The notes under the pieces were generated by a model that saw only the letters and a list, made by a program, of their open reading frames with translations, searched no databases and was not told the origin of the DNA. Shown piece after piece: positions 9,389 to 18,154 of a stretch of DNA of 64,000 nt. The DNA lies in NCBI GenBank assembly GCA_019057385.1, contig JAHQJS010000005.1, positions 352,799 to 416,798 of the forward strand. The letters are read 5' to 3'. Position numbers and translations under genes: made by a program. Origin of the DNA: Candidatus Borrarchaeum weybense. GTDB lineage: Archaea > Asgardarchaeota > Sifarchaeia > Borrarchaeales > Borrarchaeaceae. Each line of letters begins with the position of its first letter. Position 1 is the stretch's first letter.

Positions 9389-9895
9389 ATGGCTGAAGAG
9401 ATTTTGAAGAAGATACCAGCGGAGAAACAATGGGCAATAGCGTCTAAAACCTTTACCACAACAGCAACAGCTATGAGCATGATGTATGGGGATGTCGTGG
9501 GCCCTGAAAAGAACAAAGAGATTTTAATTGCGTTATGGGGTGGAGGCGGTAAAAGTTCGTATCCACGAATGAAGGAAGCCTTCAACATACCAGTAGATGA
9601 TGCAATTGGAGTGGCTACTTTAGGCAGTGTTACTTCAAAAGTAAGCATGGGACCTGAACTAGAGTCCGAGTTAGTCGAGGCGGCCCCAGAAAGAGCTGTA
9701 GTTAGAGTGACGAAGTGTCCGTGGTGGGAAAGATATAAGGAGTTTGGTATAACTGAGGGAGCAATTTGTGATGCAAGTCATACAGCAAATGCTACAGAAG
9801 GGGTCAAAGCAGTTAATCCTAAGATAACGTTCAAGATGACGAAGGCATTACCAAGAGGAGATCCATACTGCGAACTGGTGTACGAGTCTAAGTAA
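9389..9895 (+). CDS. V4R/ATC-hydrolase-like protein, subfamily A
   Basis: TKCPWWE...ICDASH...AVNP...GDPYCE. Confidence 0.8.
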   Translation: MAEEILKKIPAEKQWAIASKTFTTTATAMSMMYGDVVGPEKNKEILIALWGGGGKSSYPRMKEAFNIPVDDAIGVATLGSVTSKVSMGPELESELVEAAPERAVVRVTKCPWWERYKEFGITEGAICDASHTANATEGVKAVNPKITFKMTKALPRGDPYCELVYESK

Positions 9896-10021
9896 GCTTA
9901 AACCGTAGGCTTTTGTGTGGAAAATACAAATCCCATACAGTCTCCACATTTTTTTTTGGAAATGTTTAAGCGCCGAGGAGGGGCGCTCTACAAATACCCA
10001 GGGTAAGGAGAGGAGGAAAAA
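9896..10021 (+). repeat. conserved intergenic spacer (leader hairpin copy 4)
   Basis: TCTCCA..T-tract-GGAAA, then AGCGCCGAGGAGGGGCGCTC at 9969. Identical to copy 3 from the hairpin to the start codon. Confidence 0.85.
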
Positions 10022-10534
10022 ATGGCTGAAGAGATTTTAAAGAAGATATCACCTGAAGAGAAATGGGCCTGGACTGCTAATACTCATACCGCAACCCTAG
10101 TGATAAGAGGAGAAAATACCCTTGCGCCTCTTATAGGGGCTGAAAAGTACAAAGAGATAAATACCAAGATATATGGTGAAGGTGGTAAGATCCTGTTTCC
10201 AATGGTTAAAGAAGCTTACAATATTCCTGTTGAGGATGCCATAGGTGCATCTATATTAGCTACTGTTGTTGGTGAGTTAACTGTAGGGCCTGGATTCGAA
10301 GGTGAAACGGTGGAAGAGACCCCAAAGCGAGTTGTTGCTCGAACAACGAAGTGTCCATGGATGGAGAAGTACAAAGAGTATAATGTAAAACCCAAGTATA
10401 TCCCTTGTGTCGAAGGTCATGAAGCTTGGGGGGACTTAGGAGTCAAGGCAGTAAATCCCAGGCTATCTTTCAAGATGCTGAAGGCAATGCCAAAAGGCGA
10501 TCCCTACTGTGAATATGTCTTTGAGTTTGAGTGA
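10022..10534 (+). CDS. V4R/ATC-hydrolase-like protein, subfamily A
   Basis: TKCPW...PCVEGH...AVNP...GDPYCE. Confidence 0.8.
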   Translation: MAEEILKKISPEEKWAWTANTHTATLVIRGENTLAPLIGAEKYKEINTKIYGEGGKILFPMVKEAYNIPVEDAIGASILATVVGELTVGPGFEGETVEETPKRVVARTTKCPWMEKYKEYNVKPKYIPCVEGHEAWGDLGVKAVNPRLSFKMLKAMPKGDPYCEYVFEFE

Positions 10535-10653
10535 GCCCATTAAACTGGCTCTAGTGCAGTCTTGACCCTTATATCTTCTCCACTTTTTTTGGAAATGTCT
10601 AAATGCCGAGGAGGGGCGTTCTACAAATACCCAACTTAAGGGAGGTGAAAGAG
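10535..10653 (+). repeat. conserved intergenic spacer (leader hairpin copy 5, covarying)
   Basis: AATGCC-GAGGAGG-GGCGTT at 10602-10620. Confidence 0.85.
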
Positions 10654-11028
10654 ATGGTAGTAAAGATAATCTATACTTGTAATTTCTTACCAGGCAAACA
10701 GCAGGAGTACCTTGAGTGGGCTCAGAAAGCGGTGCCGATTTTTTTGGCCCCCGAAGAACTGAAGAAAATGAGTGCTTATCAGAATTGGTTAGGTCACTCG
10801 ACCCCAATGCGATGGGTAGAGTTTGAGTTTGAGGATATGAAAGCTTATCAAAAGTATTGGGCACGAGAAGAGATTATAAAGGTAAGTGACGAGTGGGCCA
10901 GCATAACAACAAACCAAGAAGCTAAGATATTATTGCTAGTTTATCAGAACTCGCGAGAAGACCCCTCTACTTGTTGGGGGGATGAATCGTGTTACGTGTT
11001 CACTTTCACAGTGGTCCCCAACACTTAA
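10654..11028 (+). CDS. small dimeric alpha/beta-barrel-like protein, native C-terminus displaced by a MITE
   Basis: ATG after GGAGGTGA SD; PGKQQEY..W and VEFEFEDMKAY pattern. Removing 10945-11195 restores ...LVYEKAK*. Confidence 0.65.
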   Translation: MVVKIIYTCNFLPGKQQEYLEWAQKAVPIFLAPEELKKMSAYQNWLGHSTPMRWVEFEFEDMKAYQKYWAREEIIKVSDEWASITTNQEAKILLLVYQNSREDPSTCWGDESCYVFTFTVVPNT

Positions 11029-11195
11029 ATAAGGTGTGGTACCTCTGGTAGTTAGAATTGAGCTGAGGTCACACTCGCCACTTCTCATATTAACCATGCA
11101 TTCAGGGCAGGAACTGCCCGTAGAGCCTGTTTGACATGTCCCGGTGGGGAATGAATGATTCAGGAAGCCAGCCTACTTGTAGGGTGGTAGTTCAC
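10945..11195 (+). mobile_element. non-autonomous IS200/IS605-family element (MITE/PATE) with TnpB-type right end
   Basis: Inserted 3' of TTTAT. Left hairpin GACCCCTCTACTTGTTGGGGGG; right end CAGGAAGCCAGCCTACTTGTAGGGTGGTAGTTCAC; no ORF and no TSD. Confidence 0.85.
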
Positions 11196-11517
11196 GAAAA
11201 GGCGAAATAACAACATGTTCATAAAGAGTGGTTGTTTTTCAACCAATTTTCCTTTTTTTCAAAAAAACAGTAAGTTTGTATGTTTACATTTGTCAAATTA
11301 TTAGTTTATGTAAACGCAAATTCTTTTAAAGATTAGTCTCAATTAAGAGAAAGAATTTTGATATAACCTGCTGTCGAGTTTTGGTTTTTAATACCTTTAC
11401 GAAGGTAAAGATTTGCTTTACGTAAACGGATAAACTTATAAGTCATAAGTTGTAGATGAACCAAGAAAAGAGATCTTTTAATTTAATAATGTCTCAATAA
11501 TTTTTACATTTGTAAAC

Positions 11518-12972
11518 ATGACTTTAAAAGAAATGCTATCTATTGGATTGATTGTGATGGATGATCTCATAGTGAATACACAAAACTCAGCAGCGCTTCT
11601 GAAAGAGAAGATAGCAGCAAATTTACAGCTTTTCAGAAAAGAGAATTACGATCTTCAAAATGTAACTAGACCCCAACTTTTTGAGGATATCTTTCCTTAT
11701 GATCAGTTTCCACGAATAATTTTTGATAATGTCCATTGCCCGATAAATTTACCGGAAAAAATCTATATTACTGATACAACGTTTCGTGATGGGCAGCAGG
11801 CGCGTCCTCCATTTACGGTTGAACAGATCCTAACCTTATATGATTTCTTACACGAATTGAGCGGTCCAAAGGGAGCAATTCGGATGAGTGAATTTTTTGT
11901 GTACTCCCAAAAAGACCAATTGGCAGTTAAGAAGTGTATTGATCGTGATTATGAATATCCAAAAGTAACTGGATGGATTCGTGCGACTAGAAGTGACCTT
12001 CAACTTATTAAAGAAATGAAAATTGAGGAAACAGGAATCTTAACGTCTGCATCAGATTATCATATCTTTTTCAAGTTAAACATGACGAGACAAAAAGCTA
12101 TGGATAAATATCTAAGTATTGTAACATCTGCAATCGAAAGCGGTATAATTCCCCGCTGCCATCTTGAGGATATTACAAGAGCAGATCTCTATGGCTTTGT
12201 CCTTCCCTTTGTGCAAGAACTAATGAAACTTGCTGAAAAATATGACATCCCCGTTAAAATCAGAGCATGTGATACTCTGGGGATCGGACTGCCGTTTTCC
12301 GAGGTTACACTCCCAAGAAGTGTGCCAAAGATCATTTACAGCCTACAGTGTGAAGGTGGCGTTCCCTCAGAATGGTTAGAATGGCATGGCCATAATGACT
12401 TCCATAAGGTTCATAGCAACTCTTTTGCTGCGTGGCTATATGGCGCAGCTAATGTAAATGGGACATTGTTAGGCATAGGGGAACGGACTGGTAATAGTCC
12501 AATAGAAGGATTAGTGGCCGAGTTGGCATCGCTCTATCCGAATCACGGCATCAACACAGTAATACTTACTGAGATCGGAGAGTACATGAAATCTATAGGC
12601 GTGGACTTTCCTGAAAACTATCCTCTTCTCGGAGATGACATCACAAAAACGCGTGCTGGCGTCCATGCAGATGGAGTAATGAAAAATGAACGTGTATATT
12701 CGGCATTTGACCCACAGAAATTACTAAACAGGCCATTTGAAGTTGCTGTAACTGACAAATCAGGCCTTGCAGGTGTTGCGTGTTGGGTTCAATTATATTT
12801 CAGAAGTTGCAATATACATTCTGTAGTTGACAAGACCCATCCTGGAGTTAAAAAGATGCACCAATGGGTTACAATGCAATACGAATCAGGTCGAACAACT
12901 GCTATTTCTGATCGTGAAATGATAGAGCTAGGCGTTCAATATTTGCCTGACTATTTTTCATCAAATCTCTAA
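11518..12972 (+). CDS. Re-citrate synthase-like enzyme (LeuA/homocitrate synthase DRE-TIM family)
   Basis: ITDTTFRDGQQ, RCHLED, EWHGHNDF, GERTGN; adjacent to icd. Confidence 0.8.
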   Translation: MTLKEMLSIGLIVMDDLIVNTQNSAALLKEKIAANLQLFRKENYDLQNVTRPQLFEDIFPYDQFPRIIFDNVHCPINLPEKIYITDTTFRDGQQARPPFTVEQILTLYDFLHELSGPKGAIRMSEFFVYSQKDQLAVKKCIDRDYEYPKVTGWIRATRSDLQLIKEMKIEETGILTSASDYHIFFKLNMTRQKAMDKYLSIVTSAIESGIIPRCHLEDITRADLYGFVLPFVQELMKLAEKYDIPVKIRACDTLGIGLPFSEVTLPRSVPKIIYSLQCEGGVPSEWLEWHGHNDFHKVHSNSFAAWLYGAANVNGTLLGIGERTGNSPIEGLVAELASLYPNHGINTVILTEIGEYMKSIGVDFPENYPLLGDDITKTRAGVHADGVMKNERVYSAFDPQKLLNRPFEVAVTDKSGLAGVACWVQLYFRSCNIHSVVDKTHPGVKKMHQWVTMQYESGRTTAISDREMIELGVQYLPDYFSSNL

Positions 12973-13045
12973 AGGAAAATTAAATAATAATTGAAATAAA
13001 TGGAGATTGACTCTCTCCATTCTGTTTTTATTGGAGTTGGCAAAT

Positions 13046-14293
13046 GTGGTTGAATTTGACAAACTTGAGTTACCTAAGGAAGGTACTCGCATAACGATCG
13101 AAAATGGTGAATTACTCGTACCACACGACCCTATTATTCCATTTATCGAAGGTGACGGGATAGGACGCGAAGTAATCAATATAGCGAGACATATCTTAGA
13201 CGAAGGAGTAAAAAAGGCATATGGTGGAACTCATCAAATAGTTTGGCTGGAAACATATGCTGGTGGAAAAGCTAAAGAACTATATGGCAAACTACTCCCT
13301 GATGATACTATTACAGCAATTGCTCATTTCTTTGTAGGTCTAAAAGGTCCAGTAAGGACTCCAGTCAGTGGTGGATATAGAAGCGTTAACGTACAATTAC
13401 GACAATCTCTTGATCTTTATGCAAACATTCGACCAATTTTTCATATCGAGGGAGTTCCTACTCCAATCGTTCATCCAGAAACAGTTGATCTCGTCATTTT
13501 TCGTGAAAATACGGAGGATTTGTACGGAGGTCTTGAATGGCCTGCCAAAAGCGAACCAGCAAAACAAATTGGCAATTTCTTGTTTCAGCAATTGAAAGTG
13601 GAAACTAGAATTGATGCAAGTCTAGGACTTAAAGTAATTAGTGAATATGGTACAAAGCGCATAATGAGGAAAGCCATCCAATATGCCCTCATACACGACA
13701 GAAAACGTATTACGCTTGTACATAAGGGCAATATAATGAAATTTACCGAAGGGGCATTTAGAGAGTGGGGATATGAGGTTGCGAAAGAAGAGTTTGGTGA
13801 CATAACACTTACCGAAAAAGAACTAGAAGAAAAATATAATGGAACGCTTCCTGCTGGAAAGATCGTAGTCAATGACCGGATTACCGATGCTATGTTCCAA
13901 GAAATTCTGCTTAGGCCAAAAAACTACGATATTTTGGTTGCACCCAATCTTACTGGTGATTACATGTCTGATGCTGCAGCAGCTCTCATTGGTGGGCTTG
14001 GAGTTGCCCCTGGAGTCAACATGGGTGATCATATTGCTGTTTTTGAAGCAATACATGGAACGGCTCCAGACATTGCAGGAAAAAATATCGCAAATCCTAG
14101 CTCTGCGATCCTCTCTGGAATACTGATGTTGGAATATTTAGGTTGGCAAAAAGCAGCTAGCACAGTCTTTCAAGCAGTGCGAAAAACTATACAAAATGGA
14201 AAAGTAACAGCTGATCTGGCGAGGCTTCTTAAAGGAATCACATCCGTGAGCACAACAGAATTCGCGGATCGTGTTATTGCCAATATGAACTAA
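13046..14293 (+). CDS. icd: isocitrate dehydrogenase (E. coli-type)
   Basis: FIEGDGIG, KGP.RTP..GG.RS.NV, FRENTED, VHKGNIMKFTEGAF, HGTAPD. Confidence 0.92.
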   Translation: MVEFDKLELPKEGTRITIENGELLVPHDPIIPFIEGDGIGREVINIARHILDEGVKKAYGGTHQIVWLETYAGGKAKELYGKLLPDDTITAIAHFFVGLKGPVRTPVSGGYRSVNVQLRQSLDLYANIRPIFHIEGVPTPIVHPETVDLVIFRENTEDLYGGLEWPAKSEPAKQIGNFLFQQLKVETRIDASLGLKVISEYGTKRIMRKAIQYALIHDRKRITLVHKGNIMKFTEGAFREWGYEVAKEEFGDITLTEKELEEKYNGTLPAGKIVVNDRITDAMFQEILLRPKNYDILVAPNLTGDYMSDAAAALIGGLGVAPGVNMGDHIAVFEAIHGTAPDIAGKNIANPSSAILSGILMLEYLGWQKAASTVFQAVRKTIQNGKVTADLARLLKGITSVSTTEFADRVIANMN

Positions 14294-14432
14294 TAGTTCT
14301 ATTATTTATTCTTGAATTTTACATTTTAATTTGCCCAGATCTCCTTTTTAATGCTATTTCTTGAAACTAAGTTATTTATACCCGTAATGCTATATGCTGA
14401 ATTTGCTATTCAACTCAAAAGGTGAGCAGAAA

Positions 14433-14993
14433 ATGGGGGAGACATCAAAAGACTTATTGAAGAGGTTTCCTGCTGAGAAATGCTGGGCACTGACAACCAA
14501 AATACTACAAGGTCTATTAGTATTAAGCGGTTCAAAGAACTTACCGGCTATTTTAGGTACGGAGGATGGTTTCATCTCGCCTGTCCGGGGTTGGGAAAAG
14601 CATGAGGAAGTAACCCCTAAGATATATGGTGAAATCGCCAGGAAATTTTTTCCATGGGTCGAAAAAATGTTTAGCATACCGGTAGAAGATATAATAGGAG
14701 TTACAAAACTATATATTGTTGCTACAACATTTCTTATGGGTCCTGAGTTTACGACTGAAATAATCGAGACAACCAAAGAAAAAATCAAAATCCGAGTTCC
14801 TACGTGTGGATGGACGGAACGGTTTAACGAACATAAGGTACCTATTGAGTTTAGGATTTGCTATCCTGCCCATAACTCATGGGCTGAAGAAGGGTTGAAG
14901 GCAATTAATCCTAAGATAATTCACAAGTTCACTAAATCAATGGGAAAAGGAGACCCATTTTGTGAAATAATAATCCAGTTTAAAGAAGAGTAA
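14433..14993 (+). CDS. V4R/ATC-hydrolase-like protein, subfamily A
   Basis: PTCGW...ICYPAH...AINPK...GDPFCE. Confidence 0.8.
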   Translation: MGETSKDLLKRFPAEKCWALTTKILQGLLVLSGSKNLPAILGTEDGFISPVRGWEKHEEVTPKIYGEIARKFFPWVEKMFSIPVEDIIGVTKLYIVATTFLMGPEFTTEIIETTKEKIKIRVPTCGWTERFNEHKVPIEFRICYPAHNSWAEEGLKAINPKIIHKFTKSMGKGDPFCEIIIQFKEE

Positions 14994-15036
14994 ACAATAA
15001 AACAACTAGAAGGAGAATGAAAAATGGGGGGGGTTA

Positions 15037-15573
15037 TTGGATAAGATTCAATGTGAAAAGTGTTGGGAATTAACCGCTAAAACGCTCATCAGATTTATAG
15101 TATTACAAGGCGATAAACTCATTGCTCCTCTTTTAGGAAGAGGTGAAGGTGTCATTGCCCCTGTTATGGGCAAGGAAAAATGGTTAGAGATAAACGAGAA
15201 GGTATTTGGCGAAGGTGGTAAGCAACTTTATCCATGGATTAAAGAAGCCTTTAATATTCCAGTCGAAGATGTAATCGGAGCAGTTAACTTAGTCATAGTC
15301 GGTGAAACACTAATGGGTGGAGGTTTGATCAAGCATAAATTAGTCGCGACAACCCCAGAAAGGGCCGTACTCAAAATAACAAAGTGTCCGTGGTGGGAGG
15401 GTTATGAAGAATTTGAAGTAGACCCTGAGCTTAGAGCTTGCGACCCTGGTCATCCAATTATGATTGAAGAGGCGTTCAAGATAATTAATCCTAAGATATC
15501 TTACACGCTCACAAAGGCATTACCCCGAGGGGATCCTTACTGTGAGGAAGTCTTCGAGTTTAAGGAAGAGTAG
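15037..15573 (+). CDS. V4R/ATC-hydrolase-like protein, subfamily A (natural ATG at 15024 out of frame across a G8 run)
   Basis: TKCPWWE...ACDPGH...INPK...GDPYCE. Confidence 0.75.
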   Translation: MDKIQCEKCWELTAKTLIRFIVLQGDKLIAPLLGRGEGVIAPVMGKEKWLEINEKVFGEGGKQLYPWIKEAFNIPVEDVIGAVNLVIVGETLMGGGLIKHKLVATTPERAVLKITKCPWWEGYEEFEVDPELRACDPGHPIMIEEAFKIINPKISYTLTKALPRGDPYCEEVFEFKEE

Positions 15574-15599
15574 ACTTAAAATTAAGAAGGTGAACCCGT

Positions 15600-16172
15600 A
15601 TGGCTGAGTTAAAGAAGAAGTTCACAACTAAGGCATTATTAGAGCAAATTCCAGCTGAAAAGGGTTGGGAAATAACCGCTCAAGCACTCACTAGATTAGT
15701 AGTTTTGAGAATACATACGGCCAGACCCGTTCTGGGGGTTGGTGAGGGGATCATTTCACCTATTTGGGGTTTGGAAAAGTATCTAGAGATAAACACAAAG
15801 ATTTTTGGCGAAGGTGGTAAGAAATTGTTTCGAATGGCTAAAGAGATGTTTGACATAAAAGTAAATGATTCTATAGACGCTGCTAATTTAAGCATCGTTG
15901 CTGCACAATTACTATGCGGTCCTGAGCAGAAAACTGAAATAGTAGAGGCAACTCCAGAAAAAACTGTAGTCAGATGGAGTAAATGTGCTTTTTTCGAGAG
16001 GTACAAAGAGCACGAGATAAATCTTGAGCTTACAGGTTGCCGTTATGGTTGCCCAAAGTGGGCTGAAGAGGGACTCAAGGCAACGAATCCTATGATAACT
16101 TGCAAGCCTAGGAGGCAAATGCCAACAGGTGACCCTTACTGCGAATATATCTACGAGTTTAAGGAAGAATAA
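15600..16172 (+). CDS. V4R/ATC-hydrolase-like protein, subfamily A
   Basis: SKCAF...GCRYGC...ATNP...GDPYCE. Confidence 0.8.
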   Translation: MAELKKKFTTKALLEQIPAEKGWEITAQALTRLVVLRIHTARPVLGVGEGIISPIWGLEKYLEINTKIFGEGGKKLFRMAKEMFDIKVNDSIDAANLSIVAAQLLCGPEQKTEIVEATPEKTVVRWSKCAFFERYKEHEINLELTGCRYGCPKWAEEGLKATNPMITCKPRRQMPTGDPYCEYIYEFKEE

Positions 16173-16186
16173 GTTTTTGGAAATAG

Positions 16187-17116
16187 TCATCCAGCACTCA
16201 GAATCGCATCGATTTTTTCACTAACGTCTTTGGTTTTATCAGTTAATGGTTTTAATTGAATATCCTGTACAGATCTCACGCCATCTATTCCAAGTTTTAC
16301 TGCCCACGCAATTTGTTCTTGCTCAAAGATTTTACCTTGGGAAACTTCAGGTGTTGTCCCGTATGATCGTAATAATGCCACACCAACCGCGTCAATAGCT
16401 ATACGATCTGTTCCTGCTATTAAAAGCCCTGGTTGTATTAACTCGCCTATCTCTGGTCCTTGATTCTTAAAACCTGAAATCGCATCAAGAAGCACTAAAG
16501 CAGGTGTATACGCTTCGTTAATTTCGGCTATCAATATCCTCTGTGCTTTTACCATCCTCTGCACTTTTGAGTGATGTAACTCCGCCATATAATCATACCT
16601 ATCCCATGGATTCCTCTTAGCAATCATACCGACGGAATTTTTGAGAGATAACGTAAAATGCCCACCAAATCGATGAGTTTTCAAATTACATGTCTGAATG
16701 ATTTTATCTGCTTCTTTGAAGACGTTGGCAATGAGAAATCCTCGCTTCCAGGAGCTTTTTTTGTCTTCTTTTTGAATTTTTGTAAATTTTTCGTAAGAGA
16801 GCATATCCAAATTGACCAACCGAAACCCGAGTTCATCAGCTAAATCTTCCACTCCCATCTTCATAAGCACGGACCATGTCACTCCCATCCCAGAGCGTGC
16901 TCCTAGATTAATTTCTTTTGCACCTTCTTTTTGTAAACGTGTGACAAGAGTTCTCAGCGTGTCGATATGGGTTGATGCAGGATACGGATCTGCACTGTTA
17001 TAATTTGCTTTTAACGCGATATTCTTATCCCTTATCTCTAAGGAATATTGATCAAGAAGTGCATTAATCCCTTCTACTCTATCCTCTGTTTTGATCAAAA
17101 ATACGTCTGTTTTCAC
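16187..17116 (-). CDS. DUF362-domain protein
   Basis: LKANYNSADPYPASTH, LKTHRFGGHFTLSLKNSVG, DRIAIDAV. Confidence 0.85.
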   Translation of the reverse strand: MKTDVFLIKTEDRVEGINALLDQYSLEIRDKNIALKANYNSADPYPASTHIDTLRTLVTRLQKEGAKEINLGARSGMGVTWSVLMKMGVEDLADELGFRLVNLDMLSYEKFTKIQKEDKKSSWKRGFLIANVFKEADKIIQTCNLKTHRFGGHFTLSLKNSVGMIAKRNPWDRYDYMAELHHSKVQRMVKAQRILIAEINEAYTPALVLLDAISGFKNQGPEIGELIQPGLLIAGTDRIAIDAVGVALLRSYGTTPEVSQGKIFEQEQIAWAVKLGIDGVRSVQDIQLKPLTDKTKDVSEKIDAILSAG

Positions 17117-17223
17117 ATTTATTCTCTCCTATCTAGATGTTTTATTGAAGAGTTCAACAATTATAAGTATCGAATTAGGTAATAGCAGTCTATTATGAAA
17201 GGAACGGTAGGACTTTTGTCTCT

Positions 17224-18015
17224 TTAAAGTATTCCTTTGTAGAACCCACCATCGACTTGAATAGCAGTTCCTGTAATATTACTCGCTTTTTCGGAGGCAA
17301 GGAATACAACAAGATTCGCAAATTCTTCTGGAGTCCCTAAACGTCCTAAAGGAATTGCATCAGTCCAACCACGTTTTGCATCTTCCTCTGATATGCCTTC
17401 TCTTTCAACACGTGCCTTTACTAAATTTTCTAAACGTTCTGTGGCAGTAGCTCCTGGGCAGACCGCATTAACAAGGATATTGTCAGGTCCTAATTCGTTG
17501 GCTAGTGTTTTTGATAAACCTATAACCCCTGCTCGCAATGAGTTTGATAATACCAGGTTTTCCAACGGCTGTTTAACAGAAATAGAGGTCGAATGAATAA
17601 TCCGTCCGCCTCCCTGCCTCTGCATATACGGAATCACTTCTTTGCACAACCTCACAACGCTCAGCAAATTTAATTCAAATGCATTTTTCCAATCTTCATC
17701 ATTAAACTCCATAAACTGGCCTGGTGGGGGGCCACCAGCATTAGTGAAGAGGATATCAATGCGTGCAAATTTTGTTATCGTGTCTTTGACTAGGTTTTTG
17801 ATGTCTTCAGCCTTAGTTAAGTCAGTAACAACAGAAAGGACTTCTGTGCCAGTAGCATTCCGTATTTCTTCAGCAGTTTTCTCAAGAGTGTTTTTATCTC
17901 TGGCACATATGACCACTTTCGCTCCTTCTCTTGCTAATTCAAAAGCAACTGCCTTTCCGAGACCTTTACTTGATGCTGTAACTAGTGCAACCTTATTTTT
18001 CAATTCTAAATCCAT
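17224..18015 (-). CDS. SDR family oxidoreductase (3-oxoacyl-ACP reductase-like)
   Basis: VTASSKGLG, NAGGPPPG, IPLGRLG, VDGG. Confidence 0.92.
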   Translation of the reverse strand: MDLELKNKVALVTASSKGLGKAVAFELAREGAKVVICARDKNTLEKTAEEIRNATGTEVLSVVTDLTKAEDIKNLVKDTITKFARIDILFTNAGGPPPGQFMEFNDEDWKNAFELNLLSVVRLCKEVIPYMQRQGGGRIIHSTSISVKQPLENLVLSNSLRAGVIGLSKTLANELGPDNILVNAVCPGATATERLENLVKARVEREGISEEDAKRGWTDAIPLGRLGTPEEFANLVVFLASEKASNITGTAIQVDGGFYKGIL

Positions 18016-18154
18016 AAAAAGTCACCCTTCGTTAAATAGTTCAAAAATATGTGTGACATAAGTTAAAAAGATGAAGTATTGAGGTAATTGCATTATCCCA
18101 CCAAAGGAAACTTCTTCACTTCAGTGGTACATTTTTAACTATTATGAAAAGTTC

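Noticed and set aside
8051-10653. Leader repeats as a CRISPR array
   Set aside because: The repeats are ~630-650 bp apart, separated by whole genes, and variable; no cas genes are present.
8628-10653. Integron attC sites
   Set aside because: No RYYYAAC/GTTRRRY boxes bracket a long imperfect palindrome, and there is no integrase in the window.
10603-10653. ORF-track start at 10603
   Set aside because: That ATG is within the leader hairpin; the SD points to ATG 10654.
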